Positions 31,601 to 42,433 are shown, counted from the first letter of the stretch. The stretch is 64,000 nt of DNA from Fimbriimonadales bacterium (GCA_045862955.1 BTVI01000017.1:10558-74557), one strand, 5' to 3'. Notes: generated by a model from the sequence alone, not told the origin. Numbers and translations: made by a program.

Positions 31601-31721
31601 TGAAAGTGTTGGCTCGCCACTCATACCGGTTATAGTGGTCCGCCGCGGTGCCGGCCGCGAAGGCCGACCCGACGACGAGGACCAAAGACGAAAGGCCGAA
31701 CGCTCGGATGCTTGTGCCCAT
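28686..31721 (-). CDS. Large secreted protein: N-terminal beta-propeller-like repeats, central domain, C-terminal dockerin-like EF-hand pair
   Basis: Signal peptide; repeated (E/F)xVN..T.G.Q..P.IA units; GDVNDDNSVDIADL...ADVNADGSVDLSDL. Confidence 0.8.
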   Translation of the reverse strand: MGTSIRAFGLSSLVLVVGSAFAAGTAADHYNRYEWRANTFTPSAQDQATIAVGPDGGITVAWGSRRQLGGRSGVYYQKFSPEGIALGEERPVGIWTESHLGAPALATSPKGETWAVWQSWGQDGHGSGVLLRKLDGGDEILVNQTWKGDQSDPAIAIDRDGRIAVVWRSMESAKANPRVYVRLFDPSGQPLTDELRVSEQDRFETTPALAWGADGSLAVVFAVFDANHDPAGIRLQRFRASGERIGTDILVSGERRNNQVEPVIAATRRGYIVAWQDSESDGSEYGVVARRLDVQGKPVAAPFVVNSTTAGVQNGADIAVAPDGHFAIAWNSEDGDRNGVFVQMFASDGTRLGGEVRLNLGVEGDQSMRAATGSRRVAFLPDGRLVCAWSGNGSQDKNGTYVSMLSRRLLDVNVADMGVTPLMQPAAPKVVADAASPHIPPTFDPLDVEVEGDREVTIAGADIGFLGITSTGWTPPDPHLAVGPDHIVVMTNGAIAWFTKTGTKQYQTPIEGASGFWGSLGATGFVFDPEVLYDELSGRFFAMAAEGYAPNNKSYVLIAVSDDSDPNGTWYKYRFDTSALAGNLFDSPNIAVDQNVVYVTGDGFGISANYPVYTFDKASMLAGLPPAISRSTTLSTSTQSAGMPPVSFDNPPYLYLIEHQEGSNRTQVRLLALKDPLTSPNFVSVNLTVPAYSAPGTPVQKGTTVRPQTFDARFWSVAYRNGHLWAAHHVNSSPVESRWYEIDMRGWPDSGLNPVLVQSGTAKIDNTIHTYFNSITVDPEGNAAMTFARSSSNEYISMVTTHRWASDPLGTMGAHVIRKDSTGPYTTDRWGDYSAINVDPADHRTFWAHHEWASSGWRTWIQGFKPEATMTGTVTLQNLVPSPAGRVITLEFRQPSTLTVVASFTAVLDGSGGYTVPDVLTGTYDIALKHGTWLRQVRPSQVVAGPATAGVNFTLKNGDVNDDNSVDIADLTLVLTNFGGTMGPADVNADGSVDLSDLNIVLTNFGAVGDL

Positions 31722-31891
31722 ATCCCATTCCTCTCGCGAAAAGGATGCCGAGTGCGCCTCGACAAGGCCGCGCCTCGGTACATCAGGTTAAAACCCCGAT
31801 ACGGCCTGCGGCGTTCCGCCGGCGGCAGATGGCGGGTGCCGGTTCGGTAAGATCGCAGGTGTCCCGAGTTCTTTGCATGGGAGGACTACGC

Positions 31892-32710
31892 GTGTTCCAG
31901 TTCTGCAAGCGCCTTACAGACAGCGCACGATTCCAGGCGTTTATCCTCGGTGTCATCGTGCTGACGGCGGTGGTGGTCGGCCTAGAAACATCACCCACGC
32001 TAATGCGAAACTATGAGGCTCTGTTCCTCGCGTTCAACTCGGTGGTGCAGGCGATCTTCGTCGTGGAAATCGTGCTTCGCATCCTGGCACATTGGCCGCT
32101 GATCCATCGTTTCTTCAGAGACGGCTGGAACGTGTTCGACTTCCTGGTCATAGCGGGTTCGCTGCTGCCCAGCGTGGGCGTGTTCGCTACCGTAGCACGA
32201 GTTGCCCGGCTGTTCCGGGTTGCCAGGCTGGTATCGGTGGCCCCGGACCTACGACTGATCGTGGACACCATGCTACGTTCTATCCCGGCGATTACCAATG
32301 TCGTGCTGTTGCTGGTGCTACTGCTGTACGTGTACGCGATTCTCGGCTATCACACGTTCTCGGACGTGGACCCCGACCGGTGGGGTAACCTGGGCGCTTC
32401 GCTGATGACGCTCTTCAAAGTGTTGACGCTGGAAGGGTGGGTGGAAATTCATGACACCGTAGAGGCGACCCATGCTTGGGCTTGGCTTTACTTCGGGAGC
32501 TTCATCTTCATCGCAGTGTTCGTAATGATCAACTTGTTCGTCGCCGTGATCCTCGAGAACATGCAGAATGCCCGCGTGGAAAGACGGGCGGAAGAAGCCG
32601 AAGCCATGGGTGATGACGACGTGCGGACTCTCCTAGCCGAAATGCGTGGCACGCTCGACCGGATTGAATCCACCCTTACTCGCCAGACCAGCACGCGCAC
32701 CAGCACGTAA
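31892..32710 (+). CDS. Voltage-gated ion channel, BacNav/ion_trans family
   Basis: FFRDGWNVFDF, S4 RVARLFRVAR, filter TLEGWVE, INLFVAVI; GTG start after GGAGG. Confidence 0.9.
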   Translation: MFQFCKRLTDSARFQAFILGVIVLTAVVVGLETSPTLMRNYEALFLAFNSVVQAIFVVEIVLRILAHWPLIHRFFRDGWNVFDFLVIAGSLLPSVGVFATVARVARLFRVARLVSVAPDLRLIVDTMLRSIPAITNVVLLLVLLLYVYAILGYHTFSDVDPDRWGNLGASLMTLFKVLTLEGWVEIHDTVEATHAWAWLYFGSFIFIAVFVMINLFVAVILENMQNARVERRAEEAEAMGDDDVRTLLAEMRGTLDRIESTLTRQTSTRTST

Positions 32711-32785
32711 CCTCCCAGCAAAAGCTACTGCCCCCTCGCCGCGGACGACGGCGTGGGGGCAGAGGTTCGGGGCTGAACGGGCCTG

Positions 32786-33484
<699 letters not shown>

Positions 33485-33621
33485 GGCTTCAACTCCTGTT
33501 CTGCGGGGGGCCGGCGCCCTCTCGTCTAGATGCATTATTGTACATTAGTTTCACCGATTCGGCGGCCAGATATCGTGAAAACCCGTGCAGGCGACCGATC
33601 CGGCGGGACGAGCATACGTGT

Positions 33622-33941
33622 GCCGTCCTGGCGATACGCTCTCCGGCGGGAAGCCATTCCTCTGTGGTCTTCGCGAAGGCGGGGATCCATTCTCGCGAAG
33701 GTGGGAAAGCAGCAGGCCCCGACCTTGCCCCGGCGCGGTCCTCAGGTTCACCTCATCCCCTCGGTGCTGCTAGGCGACGGACGCGGGCCGGGGCATGGAA
33801 TCGCAACAAGGTTCCATGTCGCTTGCCCCGGCGCGGTCCTTCGGTTCGAGGCGTGCCGACGATCGCTGCTAGTTGGCGGACGCGGGCCGGGGCATACACA
33901 AGAGCTCGCCGTCGCGGCGATAATCTCTCCGGCGGGAAGCC
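33622..33941. repeat. Repeat cassette: a GCGAAGGCGGGGATCCA REP-like half-unit and two ~70-bp hairpin elements (33726-33795, 33824-33894), bounded by 34-bp imperfect direct repeats
   Basis: Direct reading; flanks at 33622-33655 and 33908-33941. Confidence 0.8.
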
Positions 33942-33945
33942 GGAA

Positions 33946-34251
33946 TTACCACATGCCCAGTTCGATGCGGCCGTCCTCCGTGATCAGGTCTTGCGACCAA
34001 GGAGGATCGAAGGTCAAGGAGATGTTGACCGTCTCCACCCCAGGCAGTTCTGCAAGCACGCTGCGGATCTCGCGCTCGATTTCCGGCCCGATCGGGCACG
34101 CGGGCGTCGTCAGCGTCATCAGCACATCCACCACGCCGCCCTCGCTGACGGACACGTCGTACACCAGACCCAGGTCCACGATGTTGACCCCCAGCTCGGG
34201 ATCGCGGACCTCTTTCAGCGCCTCGCGCACAGTCTCCGCGTTGATCAGCAT
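33946..34251 (-). CDS. Metal-sulfur cluster assembly factor (SufT/DUF59)
   Basis: DPELGVNIVDLGLVY, TLTTPACP, FDPPW. Confidence 0.92.
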   Translation of the reverse strand: MLINAETVREALKEVRDPELGVNIVDLGLVYDVSVSEGGVVDVLMTLTTPACPIGPEIEREIRSVLAELPGVETVNISLTFDPPWSQDLITEDGRIELGMW

Positions 34252-34269
34252 CGGTAGCTCACCCCCACG

Positions 34270-34722
34270 CTATTCCTCTTCCGTCGAGACTCTGCCGCCC
34301 GGGCTGGAGAGCGCCTGCCTAAGCGTTGCCCAAGGGAGCAGAGCGCACTTCACCCGCACCGGATAGTTCTTCACCCCAGACAGAGCGGCGAGGTCCTCGT
34401 CCTCATCCAACGGTTCGTGGGGCTTATCCGTCAGCATGGCCGACACCTGCTCGATCAGCGCATGCACCTCGTCTAGGGTCTTTCCCTTCACGACCTCGGC
34501 CAGCATGGAGGCGGAGGCTTGGCTGATGGAACAGCCTTTGCTGTCGGCTCCCACTTCTACAACCACGTTATCGCGCACCCGCAGTGTCAGGATCAGCTCG
34601 TCGCCACAGAGCGGATTCACCCCCTCCGCCTGCGCCTCCGGCTCGCTCAGCGGCGGCCCATAGCGAGGCGAGCGGAAGTGGTCCATGATGACTTCGCGAT
34701 ACAGCTCCTGCTCAACGCGCAA
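34270..34722 (-). CDS. sufU: SUF system scaffold/sulfur-transfer protein SufU
   Basis: LYREVIMDH, NPLCGD, GCSISQASAS, RVKCALLPW. Confidence 0.92.
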   Translation of the reverse strand: MRVEQELYREVIMDHFRSPRYGPPLSEPEAQAEGVNPLCGDELILTLRVRDNVVVEVGADSKGCSISQASASMLAEVVKGKTLDEVHALIEQVSAMLTDKPHEPLDEDEDLAALSGVKNYPVRVKCALLPWATLRQALSSPGGRVSTEEE

Positions 34723-35950
34723 CGGTGAAAACCTGTCTCACTCGGTCCAAGGCCTCGATGAGAGCATCGAGTTCTTCCCTCGTGTTGTAAAGATAGATGC
34801 CGGCGCGCGCTGAGCCAGGGATACCCAGCTTGCGGTGCAGTGGCTCGCAGCAGTGATGCCCCGCGCGAATGGCTACCCCGCACTCGTCCACGATCTGGCT
34901 GATGTCGTGGGGATGCACGCCCTCCAGCGAGAACGAGAATACCCCCAGCCTATCCGCTGCGTCTCGAGGGCCGTGAAGCCTGAGCCCGGGCACGTCGGCG
35001 AGCAGGGCTAGGCCGTATTCGGTAAGAGCCCGCTCGTAGCTCTCCAGGTTGTCCATCCCCAGGTGCGTCAGATAGCCAACGGCTTCGCCGAAGGCGATCG
35101 CTTCCGCGATATTCGGAGTACCTGCCTCGAACTTGTGCGGTGGGGGGCTCCACTCGGACGACTCCCAACGCACTCGGCTGATCATGGAGCCACCGAAGTG
35201 CAGGGGCTCAGTCTCCTCCAGTCGTTCCGCCTTCCCCCACAGGGCTCCCGAGCCGGTCGGCCCACACGCTTTGTGTCCGGATAGGGCATAGAAGTCGCAT
35301 CCGATCGCCTGCACGTCCACACGGAGGTGCGGAGCCGCCTGCGCGCCGTCCACCACGCTGACCACACCCGCCTCGCGAGACATCCGGCACATCTCGGCCA
35401 CCGGGTTGATGGTTCCGAGCACGTTAGACGCGTGCGTGAACGCCGCAACCTTGGCGTTTTCTCCGAGAGCCGCGCGGAAGTCTTGCAGGTCCAGTCGGAA
35501 GTCTTCCGTGACTCGGACGAAACGAAGCCGCGCACCCGTTCGCTGCGCAACCACCTGCCAAGGGACGAGGTTGGAGTGGTGCTCCATCTCGGTCAGCACG
35601 ATGGTGTCGCCGGGACGCAGTCTCGGCAGTGCCCAGCCTTGGGCAACGAGATTGATCCCCTCGGTAGTATTTGCCGTGAAGACCACCTCGTCCGGCGAGG
35701 CGGCGCCTAGCCATTTTGCTACGGAGGCGCGAGCACCCTCGTATAGTGCGGTGGCCTCTTCGCTCAGCTTGTGCAGGCCACGGTGCACGTTGGCGTTGGA
35801 GTTCTCGTAGAACCGCTGCAGTGCCTCGATGACCACCCGAGGCTTCTGGGAAGTGGCAGGGTTGTCCAGATAGACGAGCGGACAGCCGCGGACCTGGCGA
35901 GCCAAGACGGGAAAGTCGCGCCGAATGTCCTCGACGTCCAGCGCACTCAC
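34712..35950 (-). CDS. sufS: Cysteine desulfurase
   Basis: YLDNPATSQKP, NVHRG, SGHK, FEAGTP, RAGHHC. Confidence 0.95.
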   Translation of the reverse strand: MSALDVEDIRRDFPVLARQVRGCPLVYLDNPATSQKPRVVIEALQRFYENSNANVHRGLHKLSEEATALYEGARASVAKWLGAASPDEVVFTANTTEGINLVAQGWALPRLRPGDTIVLTEMEHHSNLVPWQVVAQRTGARLRFVRVTEDFRLDLQDFRAALGENAKVAAFTHASNVLGTINPVAEMCRMSREAGVVSVVDGAQAAPHLRVDVQAIGCDFYALSGHKACGPTGSGALWGKAERLEETEPLHFGGSMISRVRWESSEWSPPPHKFEAGTPNIAEAIAFGEAVGYLTHLGMDNLESYERALTEYGLALLADVPGLRLHGPRDAADRLGVFSFSLEGVHPHDISQIVDECGVAIRAGHHCCEPLHRKLGIPGSARAGIYLYNTREELDALIEALDRVRQVFTVAR

Positions 35951-36261
35951 CCTTCGAGGCCCTCCAGGTATGCCTCTCCGCTCTCCACGACCACGGTGTA
36001 GGTCCCGATGCCGCGAACCGCCGGGAGACACAGGGCACGACCGTCTCGAATGTCGAAGCGCGCACCGTGCCGAGGGCACTCCACCTCATAGCCGTCCAGA
36101 ATGCCTTGGCCGAGGGGTCCGTTATCGTGCGTACAGATGTCGTCGAATGCGTACAGCTGTCCCTCGACCCTCCCGATCGCGATCCGGCGACCAGAGACTT
36201 CGACGACCTTCACTGCGCCCTCTTGGAAGGCGCTCTCGCAGCCGAGGTGGATTCTGCTCAC
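35947..36261 (-). CDS. Rieske-type ferredoxin
   Basis: CTH...ECPRHGARFD. Confidence 0.92.
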   Translation of the reverse strand: MSRIHLGCESAFQEGAVKVVEVSGRRIAIGRVEGQLYAFDDICTHDNGPLGQGILDGYEVECPRHGARFDIRDGRALCLPAVRGIGTYTVVVESGEAYLEGLEG

Positions 36262-36264
36262 GAC

Positions 36265-37578
36265 CTAGATATACCCTTCGGCGATGGCCTCTTCCGCTCG
36301 GGTGCGCACATACTCGTCCAGCAGACCCAGTTCGGCCCGGTCCAAGACCTGGTCCAGGAAGCCGGCAACGATGAGCCTGCGCGCCTCTAGCGGCGGAATG
36401 CCTCTGGTAGTCATGTAGAAGATCTGGTTCGGGTCGAGTGGCGCCACCGTGGCGCCGTGGCTGCAGCGGACGTCGTTCGCCAGGATTTCGAGGTTCGGGA
36501 TCGTATCGGCGTGTGCCTCCTTGGACAACAAGATGTTCTGGTTCGTCTGGTAGGCGTTCGCCCGCTGCGCACCCTTCTCGATGCGAATCATGCCCGAGTA
36601 CACCGACCGCGCCTTACCGGAGACAGCCGCCTTGAACAGCAGGTCGCTCTCGGTGTTACCCACTCGGTGGTGCTGCACGGTGTGATACTCGATATGCTGG
36701 TCGGCCTTCGCGAAGGTTAGTCCTAGCATGTCGCTTCGAGCGCCTTCACCGACTAGGACGGCCTCGTTGGTAGCCTTCGTCAGACGGCTCCCGAGGCAGA
36801 GCGTGACAGTTACCAGGTGCGCGTCCCGCTCCACTTCGGAGCGAATGTGGTGGAAACTATACACGTTGTCGCCCCACCGATTCAGGTTCACGTACCGGAC
36901 CTCGGCCCCACTGCCGACGAACAGGTCCGCCAGTGAGCTGGAAACTACCGAGTGCGGGAATGCGCCCGATACGTGCTCGTCCAAGAGCGTGACACGAGCC
37001 CCCTCTTCCACCACTGCTAGCAACCTGGGGCACACCAGCCGACCACGACCAAACGTGGCTTGCACATGCAACGGCGCCTCCACGTGCACGCCACGCGGCA
37101 CGTACAGGAACACACCTTCATCCCACAGGGCGCGCGTCAAGGACACGAACTTCCGGTCCATCGGATCGTAGGGTGCAACGTCGAGGTAATGCCGTACCAG
37201 GTCAGGGTGTTGGAGCATTGCATCCTGGAGGCTCTGCAGCAGCACGCCTTGTCTCGCGGCATCTTCGGGCAGCCCGGCCCGCCCAGGACCCTCCGCGACG
37301 GACGACGTGCTTTCCCCCGGCTGCGCGTCGCCGCGCGGGCGGAGAGACGCCTCGCTGGGCGCACTCCACGTGGCCAGCACCTCGTCGAAGGGCACGCCTG
37401 CCAGGTCGGCGCGACGCCATCCCTCGTCGGTCCGAGATGGCCACGGTGTCTCACAAAAGAGGTCCCAGGCGGTCCGCCGAGCGCCCATCGCCCATTCCGG
37501 ACCCCCGCACGCCGGAATGAGCTGAGTGAAGTCTAGGCAGCCTGCTGCTTTGGGCAAAGGGGGTACGATGTTAGCCAA
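36265..37578 (-). CDS. sufD: Fe-S cluster assembly protein SufD
   Basis: [25 protein letters not shown]. Confidence 0.92.
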   Translation of the reverse strand: MANIVPPLPKAAGCLDFTQLIPACGGPEWAMGARRTAWDLFCETPWPSRTDEGWRRADLAGVPFDEVLATWSAPSEASLRPRGDAQPGESTSSVAEGPGRAGLPEDAARQGVLLQSLQDAMLQHPDLVRHYLDVAPYDPMDRKFVSLTRALWDEGVFLYVPRGVHVEAPLHVQATFGRGRLVCPRLLAVVEEGARVTLLDEHVSGAFPHSVVSSSLADLFVGSGAEVRYVNLNRWGDNVYSFHHIRSEVERDAHLVTVTLCLGSRLTKATNEAVLVGEGARSDMLGLTFAKADQHIEYHTVQHHRVGNTESDLLFKAAVSGKARSVYSGMIRIEKGAQRANAYQTNQNILLSKEAHADTIPNLEILANDVRCSHGATVAPLDPNQIFYMTTRGIPPLEARRLIVAGFLDQVLDRAELGLLDEYVRTRAEEAIAEGYI

Positions 37579-38983
37579 CGGAGCCCTCCATCTCTAGCTG
37601 GATCAGGCGGTTCAACTCGACCGCATACTCCAACGGAAGCTCTTTGGCGAACGGCTCGAAGAACCCGTTCACGATCATAGTAGTCGCTTCGGTCTCGGAG
37701 AGGCCCCGGCTCATCAAGTAGAAGAGCTGCTCCTCGCCCACCTTACTCACTGTAGCCTCGTGTTCGATACTAACACCGGGCTCCCGAATGTCCATGGTAG
37801 GATAGGTGTCCGACCGCGACTCTTCGTCCATGAGCAGCGCATCGCAGCGCACATTGCTCTTCGCTCCCGTGCAACCTTCGTGCACTTGGATGATGCCACG
37901 ATAGCTGGTTCGCCCGCCGTCCTTGCTTATGGATTTGGAGATGATGGTAGAGGTGGTATCGGGTGCGGCGTGGATCATCTTAGCGCCTGCATCTTGGTGC
38001 TGATCGCGACCGGCGAATGCCACCGACAGCGTCTCGCCTCGTGCCCCGCGACCCATCAGATAGATAGCAGGGTACTTCATAGTCAGCTTCGAGCCGAGGT
38101 TGCCATCCACCCACTCTACGGTAGCATCCTCATATGCCACCGCTCGCTTCGTAACGAGGTTGTAAACGTTCTTGGACCAGTTCTGAATGGTAGTGTAGCG
38201 CAGGTGGGCGCCAGGCATCGCAATCAGCTCGACCACTGCAGAGTGCAAGGAGTCGGAGCTGTAGACGGGTGCCGTGCAACCCTCGATGTAATGCACTCGG
38301 CTACCCTTATCGGCGATGATGAGCGTCCGCTCGAACTGCCCCATGTTCTCGGAGTTGATGCGGAAGTATGCCTGCAACGGGATGTCCACGTGCACCCCTT
38401 CGGGCACATAGATGAAACTGCCACCCGACCACACGGCCGAGTTGAGTGCCGCGAACTTATTATCGGAGATCGGGATCACGGTCGAGAAGTACTTCTTCAC
38501 GATGTCCGGATGCTCTCGAAGGCCGGAGTCCATGTCCAAGAAGATGACGCCCTTCTTCTCCAGACCCTCGCGCATTCGGTGGTACACCACCTCCGAGTCG
38601 TACTGCGCACTGACACCGGCCAGAAACTTTCGCTCCGCCTCGGGAATGCCGATTCGGTCGAAGGTGCGCTTGATGTCCTCCGGAACGTCCTCCCACTGCC
38701 TCTCGGCCCTATCGGTGGGTTTGACGTAGTAGTAGATATTGTCGAAATCAATCGCTTCTAACAGTTCGGTGTTGCCCCACGTAGGCATGGGCTTGGCCAA
38801 GAACACTTCGAGAGCCTTCAGCCGGAACTCGCGCATCCACTGCGGCTCACCCTTGATCTCCGAGATGGTCTCGACAATCTCTCGTGTGAGCCCGCGGCCC
38901 GACCGAAACACCGACTGGTGGGCGTCGTGAAAGCCGTACTCGTACTTGTCACCAATATCGTGGATCGTCGCAGGCTTAGACAC
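37571..38983 (-). CDS. sufB: Fe-S cluster assembly protein SufB
   Basis: [40 protein letters not shown]. Confidence 0.96.
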   Translation of the reverse strand: MSKPATIHDIGDKYEYGFHDAHQSVFRSGRGLTREIVETISEIKGEPQWMREFRLKALEVFLAKPMPTWGNTELLEAIDFDNIYYYVKPTDRAERQWEDVPEDIKRTFDRIGIPEAERKFLAGVSAQYDSEVVYHRMREGLEKKGVIFLDMDSGLREHPDIVKKYFSTVIPISDNKFAALNSAVWSGGSFIYVPEGVHVDIPLQAYFRINSENMGQFERTLIIADKGSRVHYIEGCTAPVYSSDSLHSAVVELIAMPGAHLRYTTIQNWSKNVYNLVTKRAVAYEDATVEWVDGNLGSKLTMKYPAIYLMGRGARGETLSVAFAGRDQHQDAGAKMIHAAPDTTSTIISKSISKDGGRTSYRGIIQVHEGCTGAKSNVRCDALLMDEESRSDTYPTMDIREPGVSIEHEATVSKVGEEQLFYLMSRGLSETEATTMIVNGFFEPFAKELPLEYAVELNRLIQLEMEGSVG

Positions 38984-39761
38984 TTGCCGTCACCTCTGCT
39001 TCCTTCTTCTCGCCGTTCAGGAGCCAGTCGTAGCCCCGCTCTTCCAGCTCGTGTGCCAGGTCTTTTCCACCGCTCTTGATGATGCGACCATTCGCCATAA
39101 CGTGCACGAAGTCCGGCGTGATGTGAGTGAGGATTCGGGAGTAGTGGGTGATCAGCAGCACTCCCAAGTTAGGACCACGCATCCGATTGACATTCTCGGA
39201 GACCACCCTCAGCGCGTCGATGTCGAGTCCCGAATCCGTCTCGTCCATGATTGCCAGCTCCGGCTGGATCATCGCCATCTGGAGCATCTCGAAGCGTTTC
39301 TTCTCCCCACCGGAGAAGCCGTCGTTGACGTAGCGAGTGGCGAAGGACTCGTCCATGCTCAACTCGCTCAGCTTCTCCTTCAGCAGCTTGCGGAAGTCCC
39401 GCGCGGGCATGTCTTGACCCCGAAGAGACTTGAGAGCCGTGCGCAGAAAGCTGACGGTGGTAACGCCGGGGATGGCCGTCGGGTACTGAAAGGCTAGGAA
39501 AACGCCGGCCTTCGCTCTCTCGTCGGTCTCCATCGCCAGCAGGTCCTGGCCCTTGTACAGCACCTCTCCCGACAACACCTCGTAGCCGGGGTGGCCCATC
39601 AGGACGTTGGAAAAGGTGCTCTTGCCGGAGCCGTTGGGGCCCATGATTGCGTGAACCTCCCCCTTGCGAAGGGTCAGGCTGACGCCGTTCAAAATGGTCT
39701 TGCCCTCGACGCCTGCCGAGAGTTCTCGGACCTCGAGCAGCGGGTATTCGTTGTCACTCAT
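38976..39761 (-). CDS. sufC: Fe-S cluster assembly ATPase SufC
   Basis: [30 protein letters not shown]. Confidence 0.96.
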   Translation of the reverse strand: MSDNEYPLLEVRELSAGVEGKTILNGVSLTLRKGEVHAIMGPNGSGKSTFSNVLMGHPGYEVLSGEVLYKGQDLLAMETDERAKAGVFLAFQYPTAIPGVTTVSFLRTALKSLRGQDMPARDFRKLLKEKLSELSMDESFATRYVNDGFSGGEKKRFEMLQMAMIQPELAIMDETDSGLDIDALRVVSENVNRMRGPNLGVLLITHYSRILTHITPDFVHVMANGRIIKSGGKDLAHELEERGYDWLLNGEKKEAEVTASV

Positions 39762-40290
39762 CGTTGATACTCCTAACGGGGGATGCGGCCGCGACCGCGG
39801 GTCTGCGTATGACGGCAGCGCCGTCGGATTGGGTGGATGCGTGTAGCGACATCAGACGAGCTCGCACCGTATTCTCGGACCCGACGAGGTCCGCGAGCGA
39901 CAGCCCGTCTAGAATGGTGCCCAAGTACGATGCGATCTGCGCCCATACGGGCCTCACGCTGCAGTCGCACCTGTGGACGCAGCAATCGAACTTGCCGACA
40001 TAGTGGTCGCAGAGCTTCTTGGATCCGGGAAACTCACCGAGGGCTCGCAGAGCATCCCCTAGGGTGATCTCCGAACTGTCGCGAGTTAGCCTATAGCCGC
40101 CTTTGGCCCCTCGGGTCGCCTCGACCAATCCTGCGCGGGAGAGCACGCGAAGCAGCTTCTCGACATAGGGCCCCGAAAGGCCTTCCGCTTCAGCGATTTG
40201 AGACACGGTGACGGGCCCATCGCCGTTCGGTCGTGCGGCGACTTGCAGCAGGCACCTGATTCCGTATTCCTCTTGCGCGCTGATCTTCAC
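39754..40290 (-). CDS. Rrf2 family transcriptional regulator with Cys cluster (probable suf regulator)
   Basis: [18 protein letters not shown]-x7-CC-x3-C-x-C. Confidence 0.9.
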   Translation of the reverse strand: MKISAQEEYGIRCLLQVAARPNGDGPVTVSQIAEAEGLSGPYVEKLLRVLSRAGLVEATRGAKGGYRLTRDSSEITLGDALRALGEFPGSKKLCDHYVGKFDCCVHRCDCSVRPVWAQIASYLGTILDGLSLADLVGSENTVRARLMSLHASTQSDGAAVIRRPAVAAASPVRSINDE

Positions 40291-40349
40291 GATATCGTTC
40301 CTGCGCCCTCTAGTGATGGTGTGCGGGGCTGTCTTCGGCCCCGACGCAT

Positions 40350-40385
40350 TTGCATCATTCCATTATTCATACTACTTTGTCAAGA
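40350..40385 (-). promoter_or_regulatory. Sigma70-type promoter and probable Rrf2 operator for the suf operon
   Basis: Perfect TTGACA (40383-40378) in an AT-rich island ~90 bp upstream of the Rrf2 start; -10 is weak (AATGAT). Confidence 0.55.
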
Positions 40386-40509
40386 TTTCGTTCCATGGGG
40401 TCCTGGGGCGTGGATGGGGTCCCGTCGCAGCGTCCGTAAGGAGGACCTACTGACCTCCTCGAGCTAGGTGCTCAGACTCCAGCTTTCTGGCCTGCCGAGA
40501 AAGGGTCTA

Positions 40510-40846
40510 TGCCCTGGCCCGCGCCCGCCGGCTTGCGGCCGACCCATGCGCGACTCGAACCGAAAGCCGCGCCCGGGCACGAGCCGAAGCCACACTGGCG
40601 GTGCCGCGATGACTTTTTCAACAGGCCCCATCAGGGGAATGAGAATGGGTCACATCCCATCTCCTGTGACTGTCATCCCCGCAAAGGCGGCAACCTAGGC
40701 TCCGAGGAGGTGGACATCGAGGGCAAGCGCGCAGCCAGCGTCGCCGAAACTGCGACGATGTGCAACCCTCACCCCCTCCCTCTCCCTTGGGAAGGGAGAG
40801 GGAGGGGGGCAAAGGCATGTGGCCCGGCCGTAAGGCCGGGCCACAT
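40510..40846. repeat. Mixed repeat cluster: degenerate reverse 70-bp element (40510-40579), GTCATCCCCGCAAAGGCGG, a CCCTCACCCC..GGGAGAGGG hairpin and a perfect hairpin at 40817-40846
   Basis: ATGTGGCCCGGCC-GTAA-GGCCGGGCCACAT; similarity to other repeats in the window. Confidence 0.7.
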
Positions 40847-40921
40847 TACGACGAATCGAACCTTGCCCCAGCGGCTGCAGTGGAACGAGCCTGCACAGCA
40901 CGCCGAGCGACCTCAGGAGCC

Positions 40922-41842
40922 TCAGCGGCTATAGCGGAGCAGAATCTCCCTGAACCTGGACACGATGTTCATCGCCTCCGGCCAGGGTCGCTGCCATACG
41001 TTGCGGCCGAAGATGAGGCCCGTCGCGCCGGCTTCCATAGAGAGCTCGACCTTTCGCACCACTTCCTCGTCCGTGTCCTTCGATCCGCCGGAGATTATCA
41101 CGAATTGCTTGCCAGCCGAGGCGATCACGCGGCGAATCATCTCGGCGTCGCTCTCCTGGAGTTCGTTGTAGGGCTTAGGCATCATTGCCTGCTTCTCGGG
41201 CGAGACCTTCTTCGGGAAGTTGATCTTCACGACGTCGCTACCCAGCTCGCAGGCCACGCGGGCAGCGTAATCAATCGCGTACACGCTTTCGGCGCCGCCC
41301 TTCTTCTCCACGTATTCGCCGCGCGGGTAGGCCCACACGATGACGGGAATGCCGAGCTGCTCCGCCTCGCGGCGCACCTGCTGGAAGTTCGCGAAGTCCT
41401 CGTACTGGTTCGGCGAGCCGACGTACAAGGTGTAGCCGACAGCGTCGGCGCCGAGGCGGCAAGCGTCTTCCACCCCGGCGATCATGCAGGAGAGAGCGGC
41501 ATCGGACGGCGGTATCTCGGTCTTTCCATTCACCTTGAGCACCAGCGGCACGTGGCCGGCATACGAGCGCATGTATTTTTCGGCAAGGCCGTATTGAAAC
41601 ACGATCCCGCTAAAGTTGCCTTCCTTTGCTAGCTTCAGTTCGAACTCGGGGTCGGCCGATTCCGGGTTCGGGAAGAAGTCGCGCGGTCCGTGCTCCAGGC
41701 CCTGGTCAATCGGAAGTAGCAGCATCGTGCCGTTGCCGGGTCCGTGCTTGTACATTAGGCGACGGAGGCGAGCGACCTTGCCCGTTCCGTGCTGGTCCAT
41801 ATCGTCCAGCGTCCAGCGTTTGACGGGTGCGAGTGTTGCCAT
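40922..41842 (-). CDS. Class I fructose-bisphosphate aldolase (DhnA/FbaB family)
   Basis: LPIDQGLEHGP, GADAVGYTLYVGS, WAYPRG, DVVK, IFGRNVWQ. Confidence 0.9.
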   Translation of the reverse strand: MATLAPVKRWTLDDMDQHGTGKVARLRRLMYKHGPGNGTMLLLPIDQGLEHGPRDFFPNPESADPEFELKLAKEGNFSGIVFQYGLAEKYMRSYAGHVPLVLKVNGKTEIPPSDAALSCMIAGVEDACRLGADAVGYTLYVGSPNQYEDFANFQQVRREAEQLGIPVIVWAYPRGEYVEKKGGAESVYAIDYAARVACELGSDVVKINFPKKVSPEKQAMMPKPYNELQESDAEMIRRVIASAGKQFVIISGGSKDTDEEVVRKVELSMEAGATGLIFGRNVWQRPWPEAMNIVSRFREILLRYSR

Positions 41843-41988
41843 CTACACCACAACCTTTCCGTGAAAGTTGGAGCCTCGAGGGTCGGGGCGATTGTACCTT
41901 CGGGACGTGTGGTGTAGCGAGCGCGTGGGGCGTGTCGGGCCCGCATTCCGCGATCAGGCCGTGGGGTTTCGGGCTGCAGGCGGCCGCT

Positions 41989-42017
41989 TAAAAAAGGAAG
42001 CCGAGGTTGAGCTCGGC
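41989..42017 (-). terminator. Intrinsic terminator
   Basis: Minus strand GCCGAG-CTCAAC-CTCGGC followed by TTCCTTTTTT. Confidence 0.75.
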
Positions 42018-42270
42018 AGGTGTAGGTCAGAGTGTATTCGAGTTCTCCCAAAAAACGAGAACCATGTCAGGTCTTGATTGTTATTTGTTTGTTTGCTTGG
42101 TCAGAACTTACCATCCAGTTAGGGACTTATGTGTGTCCTTTTGGAGGGCAGGCTTTGCTCTGCCCTTCTCTCGTTGCAGAGGACGTGCCGAAGGCTCCAA
42201 AAGGTTCGCGGCCAAGACCGCTGTGCCCAAAGAAACCACCGGTCACGGGACCCCTGCTAATCGGTCCCTT
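41989..42270 (-). ncRNA. Candidate ~280-nt structured small RNA of unrecognised family
   Basis: TGGCCA-17-TACACT promoter, multi-hairpin 5' domain, A/C-rich tract, intrinsic terminator, no credible ORF. Confidence 0.5.
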
Positions 42271-42433
42271 ACAGTGTACCGCGACCTTTGCCATTTGGCC
42301 ACCCAGCAAATGCGCTTGGCCTGCACGCAATGCGGTTGCCGAGTACGATTTCAGAACGGCTCAGCGCGCAAAACGAGGGTAGCCGGGGCCTGGCGGCCCC
42401 GATGTTCGCCCTTCGGCACGCAGCGCAGGCGGC

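Noticed and set aside
42060..42115. tmRNA tag reading frame (GCA AAC...)
   Set aside because: The peptide does not end in an ALAA-like degron and there are no tRNA-like ends
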